This document shows, one piece after another, positions 14,621 through 27,751 of a DNA stretch of 64,000 nt (within the stretch, counting starts at the first letter, position 1; every line of letters starts with the position of its first letter). The stretch covers positions 25,854,001 to 25,918,000 of the forward strand of contig OY740809.1 of NCBI GenBank assembly GCA_963514005.1, written 5' to 3'. This DNA comes from Raja brachyura. Taxonomy: Eukaryota. The notes under the pieces were generated by a model. The model did not search any database. It was not told the DNA's origin and was given only the letters and a program-made list of their open reading frames with translations. Made by a program: the position numbers and the translations under genes.

Positions 14621-14740
14621 CTATTCCTCTCCTGCTGGGAGATTTTCCTCAATCCTTTTAATGAATTTCATTCGAATTTCTGTCACGTTGTCACCCTTGA
14701 GTGTATCTTGGATAAATTTCACATCAATCGCCATTTGAAC
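14621..14740 (-). CDS. TRAPPC3: TRAPPC3 coding exon 5, VQMAIDVKFIQDTLKGDNVTEIRMKFIKRIEENLPAGEE*
   Basis: Acceptor tgtcag, TAG at 14621-14623. The five exons sum to 543 nt = 180 aa plus stop, the known TRAPPC3 length. Confidence 0.96.
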   Translation of the reverse strand, partial: VQMAIDVKFIQDTLKGDNVTEIRMKFIKRIEENLPAGEE

Positions 14741-15035
14741 CTGACAATACAAAAGCAAATACATGGTGGATTAATTTCTATAAACATTATTGACACAGTG
14801 GGTTAGAATAGTTTTTTTTTCCATGGCATGGTCAGTTAAACAGAGGCCATCCTGCCATTTGATGCCTACAATATTAAATACAATGGATTATGTCCCCGAC
14901 TACAATGCAAAAATAGTTGAATTTAATGGTATCTTTCTGAAATGATCAACAACATGTAATCAGATAGCCACTTCAAAACACAAAAATAGGTTCCAGGATC
15001 CTTCACAGGAGAGTACCAAAGCAGCCAAAATAGTG

Positions 15036-15330
15036 GGTGGTATGGTAGCACAGCGATAGACCTTATAGCGCCAGAGACCCGGCTTAATCCTAACTATGGG
15101 TGCATGACTGTACGGAGTTTGTACATTCTCCCCATGACCTGCGTGGGTTTTTTGAGGAAACTCCGGTTTCCATCCACAAAACGTACAGGTTTGTAGACTA
15201 ATTGGCTTTGTATAATTGTAAATTATCCCTAGTGTGTGTAGGATAGTGTTAGCGCGCGGGGATTGCTGGTCAGTGTGGACTCAGTGGGTCGAAAAGTCAA
15301 TTTCTGCATTGTACCTCTAAACTAAACAAA
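15036..15330 (+). mobile_element. HE1-like V-SINE in TRAPPC3 intron 4
   Basis: Same consensus. Confidence 0.8.
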
Positions 15331-15562
15331 CATAATTCAAACTCAAAATAATATTGGATGATAGGATAAAAAAAACTTAACTAAAAAGGCACGTTTTAAA
15401 AGATGACCTTAAAATGCAGAGAGAGGACCAAAAAGGAAAGAGCCCTGCTATAATAAGCCAGGTTGGAACAGTCCTTAAGGGATGTAAAATGTAATATGGG
15501 AAACGAAACAGCAAGTGAATAAAGACAATGGATGAAGTGTATAGAAGACCAAACAGTAATCA

Positions 15563-15805
<243 letters not shown>

Positions 15806-16589
15806 CTACAGTATCCAACACATTTCTTTAAAAACCAGTTTGTTAATAACAAGAAAGATCAGTCACCAACCTGAGCAAGCACCTGTTCAGTTATCTTCAG
15901 TCATTCGGATGCTAGATTCTCTACACTAGCACACGTTAGTAACAGCATCTCACCACAAGTCTCAGCATTAAAATGCATGCAGCAGCTAAAAGGTGCTGTA
16001 CCCACTCGTATTACTAATGAAATATGCAATATAAAAAGGCTTGTGCATTTTGCAGCAAGTTGTGTTTTAAAAGGCAGGATGCTATTATCACGACAAAATT
16101 GCGTTTCCGGCACAGAAAATCTACTGTCAGCATTGATCCTTCAGAAATTTGTTTACGTCAACAACTTTTTAAAAAATATAAATATTTTAAATGTCTCTTT
16201 ATCTCGCTCAAATTCCAGCTTTAATTTGCTCTCTGTACATTTGTTTCTTTAGATGCACTGAGATACAGTGATTTCTTCAAGCAGACCCCCTGTTCCTACT
16301 CATGTCCCTACTCATGGAGGTCACATTTTTTCTGTGGTGATATCTCCCCAATTTATAGCAAGTTTTCAATCAAAATACTGAAGTGGTTTGTGGACAGCTG
16401 TCAGTGCAATCAGCATTCCCTGTTGCTAACCAAAAATACAGGCCAATCTTTTACAAGGGCAGTTAGCAGAACACCAAGGAGGTAAGTCATATTCATCATA
16501 ACCACACTCCAAACAGCTTGCAACCATTTTACATATTATGCAGTAATCATTAGGAAGTTGCCATATAAATCAAGAAATCAAAAATGTTA

Positions 16590-17053
<464 letters not shown>

Positions 17054-18099
17054 TGAATCCTTATTTGAAAATTATTATACATACACTCCAGACATCTTGT
17101 CTTCCGAATATTGGAAGAGTTCTGAAATAAGATAACATTCACCGTGCACTTGGGAACAAGCAGCAAAGTATTCAGAATGGTTTATAGGATTGCTTTAAAA
17201 TAAACTGAATACAGTTCCTAATTATTTTCCATTCCATGCAACCTCAATCTGTTTAATTTCATCACAATTTCCCAAGTTACCTAAATTATTTTTTCTTACT
17301 CGTTTGAGGCTTATGGTTTTATATTTTGCACTTTGAAATTTCACCGTGGTTTCACAATGAAAAATGATGTGATGGGATACAACTTTTGAATTTTTTGTCA
17401 GTATGATGCGTTATTGACAGGCATTATAAATACCTCATCAATTTCAATTGCAGTCACCCAACGTTGGCAATCGTAATTCATCACATTAACATTTTAATTA
17501 GAAAAAAAGGTATGGTAGAAAAAAGTAATGTTTTAAAGCCACATGTGTGAAATTGTAGCATGCGAGTTCTTTTTTCCATTTCATCCCTTACCAGAGTTCA
17601 AATTAATTTAAAGCCACATGAAAATCAGCATCCACGCCTTTAAAACCACTTATTAGGAATAATGAATGGGATATGATGCAGTTAGGCAGCAATTCAAAGA
17701 TCGTGCTTTTTGTTATACGCTGGCAATTTGTCCCAACCACTGAAGCCATCACTGAACCACTAAAAGGCTTTCCATTCACCAACAATATGTTATATGATAC
17801 AAAAGCAATTACTTGGCTCATTGTATCACTTCCATTCAGTAAAGTAGTACCCAGTTTCATACCATCTTCCAAGTCTCAGCACTCTTTAAATGCGATGACG
17901 TTTTCTGCCTGTGCAATAATTTCCACCACTGAGTCCCAGACCCATGGTAACCGCACAGTGAAAAATAACCCCATTGTCCCTCTAATCCTTCTGCTGATTA
18001 GTTTAAATCCATATAATTTTACATCAGAAAGAGAAGACTAAGGTATTGACACCTATTACAAAATATAGAAAGTCTAAATGATGTGGAGTGAAGTACTCA

Positions 18100-18201
<102 letters not shown>

Positions 18202-19204
18202 TTAAGTGATAGAAATTCAGAAAAACATTCAGAACCTCCAAGAATTCCACATATCTTGCAAAATACTCCAAATTGGTTTGTTGACGACATAACACCAACT
18301 GCACTAAAATTAGTAACGATTTTTCTTCTCACTGACCACTGATCATTCCAATCCAATTGTACAACAAACATTAACTACAAGAATCATATCACATCAGCCC
18401 TAGCCAACCAAATAAATGCTCAGGGTGGTCGAAACCAATAGCTATTTTTTTTATATTTCAAAGAAATGTCATCTTAATTTGTAATTTGAAATTACTCCAT
18501 GGATCAAAAATATTCCCGACTCCTTTACTAAACTATTGCCCTGTATCTGTAGTTAATGTACAGCATAGGTTATGTAAAGTCAAACAAGATTGTTTTATTA
18601 AATCAGCATGCTTCTTCAATAAAACAGTATAATCACTGGGACAGCGTTTCGGAAACAAAGGCTGTGGACCCTGTGATAGTGGATGCACTGCTTTGAATTC
18701 TCTAAAATGCAAGATTTGGCCTGAGCAGGGAATGTACGGGGGGGGGGGGAGGGGGGAAGAGAGAGGTTTCACTGGATTGGAAAACTGCAAATGCAACTTC
18801 CTATTCAAAAGGAAAGTCAGAAAGTATAGTAAGTTAGCTCGGTCGACGGCACCAAACGCATTGTTACTAAATTTCCTGATGAGACAAAACTAGAAAGCTA
18901 TTAAGTTATTAACCAGAAATTGTTATTAAGAGGACGCAAAGAAGCTACAAAAGGATGTGTAGGGAGAAACTGACCACAAAGGGATTATAAATATATTAAC
19001 CGAGTGGGAAATAATGCTAAGTGAAGTATAGTGCAGGAAAATATTAATTTGACCATTTTGGCACGAAAAATAAGCTAGCAGATTACATGGCAAGAGCTCG
19101 GACAGGAGCTTAAGTGCACACATCTTCGTATTTTGAAAGTAATTGACAATAACTGAATATCAATGATTAAATACGAATACAAAAGGAAAAGATTAGACAA
19201 TCCT

Positions 19205-19568
19205 AGAGGATTGGATAGGGTAGATGCAGGAAAAATGTTCCCGATGTTGGGGGAGTCCAGACCCGGGGTCACAGTTTAAGAATAAGGGTAAGGGCATTTA
19301 GGACTGAGATGAGCAAAATCTTTTTCATCCAGAGAGTTGAGAATGCGTGGATCTCCACCACAGAAGGCACTGGAGGCCAATTCACTGCATGTTTTCAAGA
19401 GACAGTTAACTTTAGCTCTTAGGGCTAATTAAATCAATGGATATGAGGAAAAAGCCAGAACGGGGTACTGATTTTGGATAGAATTTCTGAAAAATTGTCT
19501 CTGGACCCTGCGAGATAGTTGTTGCACTGCTTTGAATTCTCTAAAATGCAAGATTTGGATGGAGTAGG

Positions 19569-19601
<33 letters not shown>

Positions 19602-19712
19602 GGAGAAAGGGGAGAGAGAGGTTTCACTGGATTCAATATGATCAGCCATGATCATATTAAATGGCGGGGCTGGCTCGAATGGCCTACTCCTGCACCTATT
19701 TTCTATGTTTCT
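19205..19712 (+). mobile_element. CR1 LINE 3' fragment interrupted by a ~158 bp insert
   Basis: Similar to the reverse complement of 10697-11160; ends TTTCTATGTTTCTA. Confidence 0.75.
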
Positions 19713-20589
19713 AATTACTTAGAGATATGATAAGATCAGAAATGGAATAACGTGCACGGCATTGGTCTCTTTTTTGAAACAAAAAGTTTAAAGTGTATTG
19801 AAGCAGAGGAGAGAGAGCTTACTGTACCTAGAATGGGACAGTTGTCTTATCAGAAAAAGTTGACGAGAGTTTACTCGAATGAAACATTCAACCTGAGAGG
19901 ACACGATAGAATGGATTGAAGATGATATTCTGAAAGTAAGAGTAACAGTCCTTGTATATATTTATTTAAAGCAGAGATACTTCAATGCCAGGCCAGTAGA
20001 GAGAAATGCAAAATTGAGGATAATCAGATCAACCGTAATCTTATTAAATGGCAGTCGAGGCTCGAGGAGTCTGTACTCCTGATTGCCTCACAAGTTTTCA
20101 CAACCAAGCCCAATTCACAGCTTAGATGTACGGGAATACAGCTTCAAAACTGAATAAACCACTACTTGTGCATTCATCTGAACAAACAAGCATTTAAATG
20201 CAGAAACCACACTCGTAACGTTCCTGTTTTATGGGCACCAATATACATCTGCAGATTTTCATCTTTTGAATAATTCCAATTGCTTTACTTTAACTTTTTA
20301 CTAATTGCAAAAACTCAAATTACTTGCAGCCCTGGAAAAGGTCAGCAACAATGATTTGACTCGAAACAGTATATTCAGGTGGCCTAACTGATGGGCACCC
20401 TTTTCTCCCTCTCAGTCCCAAGCCAGGTTTCAGATTTCAGCCCATCAAGATTATGCTGGATCAACTATTCTCATGCAGTCTGCCAAGTCACTATATGCCT
20501 CATTTCAACTCAAATATCAGAATGTAAAACCCTACACAAAACTGTTCATTATGCATATGGTTAGCCAAAGTAATTTAAGTTGTAACTTA

Positions 20590-20855
20590 AGGGCGGCACG
20601 GTGGCGCAGCGGTAGAGTTGTTGCCTTAAAGCACTTGCAGCGCCGGAGACCCGGGTTCGATCCCGACTACGGGTGCTGTCTGTACGGAGTTTGTACATTC
20701 TCCCCGTGGGATTTCTCCGAGATCTTTGGTTTCCTCCCACAATCCCAAGACGTGCAGGTCTAAAGAAGGGTCTCGACCAAAAACGTCGCCCATTCCTTCT
20801 CTCCAGAGATGCTGCCTGTCCTGCTGAGTTACTCCAGCTTTTTGTGTCTATGTTC
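20590..20855 (+). mobile_element. HE1-like V-SINE 5' part joined to a Penelope-derived module
   Basis: Intact A/B boxes (GGTTCGATCCC) and V-domain to ~20757, then CTAAAGAAGGGTCTCGACC... Confidence 0.8.
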
Positions 20856-23195
20856 AGGTATGTAGCAAATACCCATTTCTGGGGTATGCTGTGTTTGTTC
20901 ACATATTTATAATTCCCATCAGCATGAGGTATTCCCTTTACAGATAGGAGAATTCATAAAGCTACCAACTGGGCACACAATGGAACAGAAAGTGATCATC
21001 GGCCAGCATGCACCCAGAGATACATTTGAGTTGATGGAGGGTAGATAGCAAAAGGTTACCAGGGACTCTGGAAATAACCAAAGTTGGAAGAAGTGGAAAA
21101 GGGTTTCAGAAGCAAACAGTCCAAAAGGGAGTATACAATCTCGCTGAGAAATTAGCTCCAACCTAGAACTCAGCTCAGTGTCAAAGGAGGAACAGAGGAA
21201 AAGTGTCAATCATTTTGAACACCCGATTCAAATCAAAATATAGCCAAAACTGCAAATATTTTGACATGTTTCTGCAAAAGTAAGAACTGTCAAGTAACTT
21301 GATCCACCTGTGTTACCATCTTAGCATTGCCTTTCAATGAAGACCAGACGATATAGGAGATGAATTGGGCCATTCAACCCATCAAATCTACTCTGCCAAC
21401 CAATCATGGCTGATCTACTTTTCCCTCTCGACCCCATTCTCCTGCCAATGCAAGAAACAAACAACTAAAGGAAATATAATTGGCTTTTAAGGCCTAATGC
21501 ACTAGATATTTATCCTTTTAATACATTATGATGAATCAACAAGATTTTCAATTATCTTAGTTAGTTCCTAGTTGCTGAAAGTATGGTACAAATTATCCAC
21601 ATTTCACAGATAAGCAAGAGTGGTCACGAGGCAGAACATAATGCACTGAAATCTGTAAGACTAAAACTGGAAACATGATCCAATGTTTAAAGTGAACAAA
21701 TTACTCAGTACAATCTACTTTGAATGTTGATGTTCAAATGACTGCATCAAAATAAGGATCCATTATAATTGCTCTTGTTCCCTTGAGATCTCATATGAAT
21801 GCATTATGAGAACGATTATGGGTACAGTTCAGAAGATCACTACTTTCAACATGTGACCAGGAGCAAACATTATAGTACAGGTTTAAAAAGTGCAAAATAA
21901 ATGTCAAAGGGTCACTGGAATATTTCTATGGACTGCAAATGGACAAATTTGATAAACTAGCTAATTACAATCTCTTTCATCTTGCAGCATTAGTGAAACA
22001 TGTTCTTACACTTGGAAATAATTTTGTCGATTCATTTTAACCCACTTACATATCCATTAAAGAATAACTGACAAAATGAAAGACAAAAGCATTAATATAG
22101 AGCAATAAGTGTGTGACAATATTGATGTGGTCAACATTTTAATAAAATGGTTGTTTATCAAATATTTCAATGAATCTGTTTGCCAAACCACTGGGGAAAT
22201 TTCACATTTACAGATTTAAATGTTTCATTGGTAATGCATTATTTAATGAATTCATTCCGAGCAACAGCTAGAAGTTGCTTTGCAGCGCTATTTTATTTTT
22301 TCTCACTAATTTCATACCCAGTCCTTCTGCTCATTCTGGTCACTGTTCAGTTCTTTACCCAAATATTCACTATTTATGAAAGTATCAATTATATCAATTA
22401 TGGTTTTTACATGGCTGCCCAAAATTAATCTTCACAGAGTAATTATTCATTTCTTGCAAGGTCAGAACAACAACGAATGGGAAATAATACCCAAATGTTT
22501 TCCTTTTATCCCAAAGATACTAGAGACAATAGTAACACTCAACTTGAGATAAACCAGAATACTTATTCTTCAAGCTCTGCCATTTAGCTTGCAAATTCAT
22601 TGAAGCTTTTGTTTGATAGCAAACACGCGGGATAGAATACACTTGGATCCCCCAGTGCTTTTGCTTCTAGCCTTCTGTCCACAAGCTATTCTCACCATCC
22701 TCTGCCAATCCTCATCTCATCCCCACAAATAGCAAAACAAGTAAATATCAACCTTATCAATCCGCAGCACACTGCACCCACTCTCTCCCCCCCCCCCCCC
22801 CCCCAACCAGTAACATGATAGCACGTTCACCCCAACTACTAATAACTAACTTGTGGGGAAGTCAAAAATAAACCACGTCAATCTTAGAAGCAATCTGGGT
22901 AACAACTCTACAACAACATCAATAGCCTCCAATGAGCTTCCAAAGTAAAATCAAAGTGTCATGCTATATCATTAGACACAATTAATGTACTGCACATTCA
23001 TTTGACAACCCTTATTCAGTTACACTGACCAGCAGATTATGGAACTTCAGAAGAGAGATTCATAATTTCCAACCATCATTCATTATTGAAACCTCCAGAA
23101 TTCACAGGTGGAGATTGTGCTCCATCATCTTTTCTAAGACATTCTTCAGAGATGTGAACATAGATGGGAAATTTAACATAGTTTGTGTGTTTGTG

Positions 23196-23273
23196 GGTGT
23201 ATTCTTTTTGGAGTATGTTACCGGAGTTAACCATGGCCAACTCCCGTAACGTACTCCAAAAGGAATAAACACC
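23196..23273. repeat. ~78 bp near-perfect palindrome
   Basis: GGTGTATTCTTTTTGGAGTATGTTACCGGAGTTAACC / GGCCAACTCCCGTAACGTACTCCAAAAGGAATAAACACC around CCATGG. Confidence 0.85.
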
Positions 23274-25614
23274 AATTCATTCCAGAAGACGACTAACTCC
23301 GAGCGTGCACACTAGTAATTTTATTGTCCCACCACCACTGCTATCACCAGAGAGGACTTTCCATAATGGCACAACTACATCCCAGTATCTGTAGATTTAA
23401 TGCAACAAATCAATTAAAATTAACCAAAAAGGCATTTCCCTATTCACACAGCAACAATAGGTCCAATTTCCTATAATAGTCTCAACTAATTTACCATATA
23501 ATATAAACAATGTTTTGTCTTGAGATTACAGATTTCACTTTATACTTCACAAGCCAAGGCAAAACTTTTCATTGCATAAAAAATAACAATGAAGTAAATA
23601 TGATAAAGCAAAATGAAAACATGCAATGTGGCATTTAAGTAAATTAGTATTCCTAGCACCTACCATGAGATGTAGAGATGCAGAAGGTGAAATGAATGGC
23701 AAATACCAGTACTACAGAATGAGTGCGTTAGGCAGAAAAGACAGGAAAAAGACAGAATTGAGATTTAGTGACAATACATACAAACTTAATTTTGTATACA
23801 ATGGTGCACACATATAAAGGATGCAATGACAAAATATAATTAGACATGCCAAGACCTTGCAGTAATATACTGCCACTGGAATTAATTATTGATATTTTTT
23901 GTAAAGAATACACGAGGAATACTTGGAGAAGTTTATCAACAATTCCTGTACTGAAACCGCAACTAAACATTCTTGTTTTAATTACCTACCTTAAATGGAT
24001 AAAAGGCTAGAAGAAAATAAATGCGGAAACATTTTGCTATTCAATTTAAGCCATGCTGATACAGATTTTCACTAAATTGAGAAAACTGGCAGCCATTTAT
24101 TCAAGAACCTTTCCTCTGCAGGATGATGAATATTGTACAAAGACTATAAATTGCAAGTAATTTCTTGGTTTCTACAGATTTGCCTCCACTGAAAAAGAAT
24201 CAAATGTAAAATCAATGCCAAAAAACAAGTTGTCAAACAATTCCATAAAAACAGCTATTAGCTTTGGCATTAAAATCTAACCAGAACTGTTAGATTTTAA
24301 TTGTTGAAGTAATCAAATAGATCATACCTAAAGGTATAGTACTATCAAAATATGTAATTCAATACTGAAGATTCAAACCCGGACGATTTTCTCTTCATAA
24401 AGAAAAATAGAAGGGAACTGTGTGTGATACTGGCACCATCTGATTAAAACTAATATTGTTTCTTGCCTATACTAACAAAAAGGTTGTGATATAAAATCAC
24501 CGATAAGTAAAGAAAATACAAAAATCACAGAAAACTGGATTTTTTCTATGGCTGTATCATCACTGTCGGTAAAGGTGTAACAGTTCCATATAGTCCTGTT
24601 TTAATCACAAATTCAAGTATAAATTAGAATTCAGCAGCAGCACTTATTATTTCACTTCTGCAAACCGCACGAAGCGTTGCCAGCCGTAAAGATTAACAAA
24701 CTGTTAATTGGCAATTAGTGTTCTTGCAATTCTTATTTTTCTTGAAGAGAGGTTTGAAGAAGATTTATCAATAAAAGACAACCTCTGCAAAATCTACTGG
24801 CCTTTATACAATAGTCACTGGGTCGCATGTTCCACAGGGTCAATAATAACCATATTATATTCAAAGATTCAAATTTTCAATGAATTATTTTTAAAACTGG
24901 ATTTTGTAGCTAGATTATGTTGTGCATAGAATACAAGAACATAGTTTAAAGGTAAACTCCAAAAAGAAATTACAGAATACTACTTAATGAAGTATCAGTC
25001 TAGTAACATATGTAATAGATAGGTTCAGATAATACAAAAAATAATGAAACTACAAGGAATCCAATTTCCCCATAGCAAAAAGGCTGGATAAAATGTGTGC
25101 TTAAGCTAAACCTTAGATCTGGCTTATTTTCAAACAACACACCCACAAAATACAATTCAATGGCAGATATGACAGCATTTCAAAGTTTTTCGTTGCTTTA
25201 TAAATACACAAAATGAAAACTGTAAATGCTCCAAAAAGCATTTGAACACTTATTTTGTACATTATATTCCAAATAGGTCAGAAAGACTCCCAGCACACTG
25301 ATTTAAAATATATTATTTGGGAATGTTAGGTAGATCTTATATTTTAACAAATAAGATATTCTGTATTACATTATTTTGCTCCAAATCAAAAATATTGTAT
25401 TGATGAAAAATAAGCATAGGTTTAAGGGAAAATAAACAACTAATTATTCATACAGCATGAAATTAGTCTAAGGAAATAGCTCAGTGAATATCAGATATAC
25501 TAAAAGGTACCCAAATCATACTTTGCAGACCAAAATTACATTAGCTTGATCTTTCACTATACGTCTAGCCATTAACGAAATAGCAAGGCAGAGCAGATTA
25601 CTAAAGTGTTAGGT

Positions 25615-25846
25615 AGACACAAAATGCTGGAGTAACTCGGCGGGTGAGGTAGCATCTCTGGAGAGAAGGCATGATTGGGCGACGTTTGGGGTCGAGACCC
25701 TTCTTCAGACCGAGACTCTCAGTCTGAAGAAGGGTCTCGACCCGAAACACCATCTATTTCCTTTTCTCCAGACATGCTGCCTAACCCGCTGAGTTATTTT
25801 GTGTCTATCTTCGACGTAGACCAGCATCTGCAGTTCCTCCCTACAC
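25615..25846. mobile_element. Fold-back Penelope-derived module in TRAPPC3 intron 1
   Basis: Two inverted copies meeting at TCTTCAGAC...GTCTGAAGA. Confidence 0.8.
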
Positions 25847-26011
25847 TTACTAAAATCCAATCTTGTGACCCCCCCCTCTCCTCCCCAACTTTTCATAATA
25901 TCAGGTTTCCACTTCCTAATGGAGAACAATGGACCACTGATTGAGCAGTAAATGAGGATCATTATAATACCAGCCAGTACATATTGTTAAACTTCTAAGC
26001 TTGTATACAGT

Positions 26012-26039
26012 CTGAAGAAGGGTCTCGACCCGAAACGTC
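26012..26039 (+). ncRNA. Minimal hammerhead ribozyme motif in a Penelope-derived short module (representative intact copy)
   Basis: CTGAAGA-A-GGGT[CTCG]ACCC-GAAA-CG-TC: CUGANGA core, helix II, GAAA, palindromic ACGU helix III and GUC triplet; activity unverified. Confidence 0.65.
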
Positions 26040-26631
26040 ACCAATACCTTTTCTCCAGAGATGTTGTCTGACCCGCTGAGTTACTCCAGTTTTTTGTGTG
26101 TATCTTCGGTTTAAACCAGTAACTGCAGTTCCTTCCTACACATACAATTCATATTCTTTCGAAATCATGCAAAGCTCAAACCGAGGGTGATAAACATTAA
26201 GCACCAGATTAAGTACGGGTCCGTCGATTGGATCAACCCTGGAGACTGCACTGTGCAGCAGGCAACAGAAACACTTTATTGAACTGGGTTGTCTTGGTAC
26301 ATTATATGCAAGAAAACCGCTGTAGCAGAATGTGAAGGTCCTGTCAGCCGTCGGGAAACCCAGGGAGTTGCGGTTCAGGGCTGTGTTGGAAGGAACTGTA
26401 GATGCTGGTTTAAATCGAAGATAGACACAAAATGCTGGAGTAAGTCAGTGAGACAGGCAGCATCTCTGGAGAGAAGGAATGGGTGAGGTTTCGGCTCGAG
26501 ACCTTTCTTCAGACCCGGTTCAGGACTAACTGGTGAAGTGGGCCCCGGGCCCGCTGCTGGAAGATGAAGCAAAACAATGTTCTTATCCCCTCCGGCCTCA
26601 ATAACTGCTTGGCTTCCAAACGGTAGATTAC

Positions 26632-26673
26632 CATTTTCTTGTTCTCGGTACCTCGGTTCGTCTGTCGTGACAT
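26632..26673 (-). CDS. TRAPPC3: TRAPPC3 (BET3) coding exon 1, MSRQTNRGTENKKM
   Basis: ATG at 26673; 42 nt; donor ATG|GTAATC; matches the known vertebrate TRAPPC3 N-terminus (MSRQANRGTESKKM). Confidence 0.95.
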
Positions 26674-26689
26674 TTTTCCTGCAAATTCG

Positions 26690-26920
26690 CGATTTCCAAC
26701 CGCCTCTTCGATCCTCACACAGAAACCTGTCCGCCGGATATCGGAACTCCAAATACGCATGCGCGTAACCTTCGCCCATGCACTGGGGGTTGTAGTCCCG
26801 TCTCCCGGAACTGGCCGCCCGCTCACCAGGGCTGTTGGGGGAGAGAGACTACAAGGACCACAATCCACCGCGACACTGTAATGGCGCCCACAGGGGACTA
26901 CAACGCCCAGAATCCCCCAC
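26690..26920. promoter_or_regulatory. TRAPPC3 proximal promoter, CpG-rich, with three ACTACA..CCCA (ZNF143/THAP11-type) motifs and NRF1-like and YY1-like sites
   Basis: ACTACAACCCCCAGTGCATG (minus, ~26777-26796), ACTACAAGGACCA (26848), ACTACAACGCCCAGAATCCCC (26897), ACGCATGCGC (~26755), AATGGCG (26880); directly upstream of the ATG. Confidence 0.7.
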
Positions 26921-27061
26921 CACACTTGGCCTTTGTAATCATGGGTCATGATTGGAGGGCACATAGATGGCTGAAAAATATAGGGAGGCTGTGAAAAAAC
27001 AAAATTGATGAACTATCAAGAAGAAAGGGCTAGAAGTGTTGAGAAGATGTTTGTAGGGAAC

Positions 27062-27520
27062 AAGATAGACACAAAGGGTTTACACAAAATGCTGGAGAAA
27101 CTCAGCGGGTGCAGCAGAATCTATGGGGCGATGGAGATAGGCAAGGGATTCGGCCCGAAACGTTGCCTATCTCCTTCGCTCCATAGATACTGCTGCACCC
27201 GCTGAGTTTCTCCAGCATTTTGTGTAAACCCTTGATTTTCCAGCATCTGCAGTTCCTTCTTTAACAAGATAGACACAAATGTGTAGGAAGGATCTACAGA
27301 TGCTTGTTTAAGTCGAAGATAGACACATAAAGCTGGAGAAAGTGGGACGGGCAGCATCTCTGGAGAGAAGGAATGGGTGATGTTTCGGGTTGAGACCCTT
27401 CTTCAGACCCAAAAAGTCACCCAATCCTTCTCTTCAGATATGCTACCTGTCCCGCTAAGTTATTCCAGCATTTTGTGTCTATCTTCGATTTAAATCAGCA
27501 TCTGCAATTCCTTCCTACAC
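27062..27520. mobile_element. Cluster of nested or fold-back Penelope-derived modules
   Basis: Repeated GACACAAAATGCTGGAG...CTCAGCGGG...GCAGCATC motifs on both strands. Confidence 0.75.
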
Positions 27521-27751
27521 ATTTTGGAGGGAGCAATGTAGGTCGAAGACAAGAGATTCAGGAGTTTTGATTTCATAAGATCATAAATGATAGGAGTAGA
27601 ATTAGGCAATTCAGCCCAATTAGTCTACTCCACCATTCAATCATGGCTGATGTATCTCTCCCTCCTAACCCCCATTCTCCTGCCTTCTCCCCATAACCTC
27701 TGACACCCATACGAATAATTTCTCATTTGTCATGAGAACTGGAACAATGGA

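Noticed and set aside
17603-18041. 122 aa and 89 aa ORFs in TRAPPC3 intron 2
   Set aside because: No recognisable domain; partly resembles decayed CR1 3' sequence
20590-20675. tRNA gene
   Set aside because: tRNA-like head of a V-SINE; it continues into the V-domain and lacks a proper acceptor stem and terminator
26375-26964. Long ORFs (134 and 151 aa) across the TRAPPC3 start
   Set aside because: Only 14 codons are the real exon; the rest is GC-rich promoter, intron and repeat read-through
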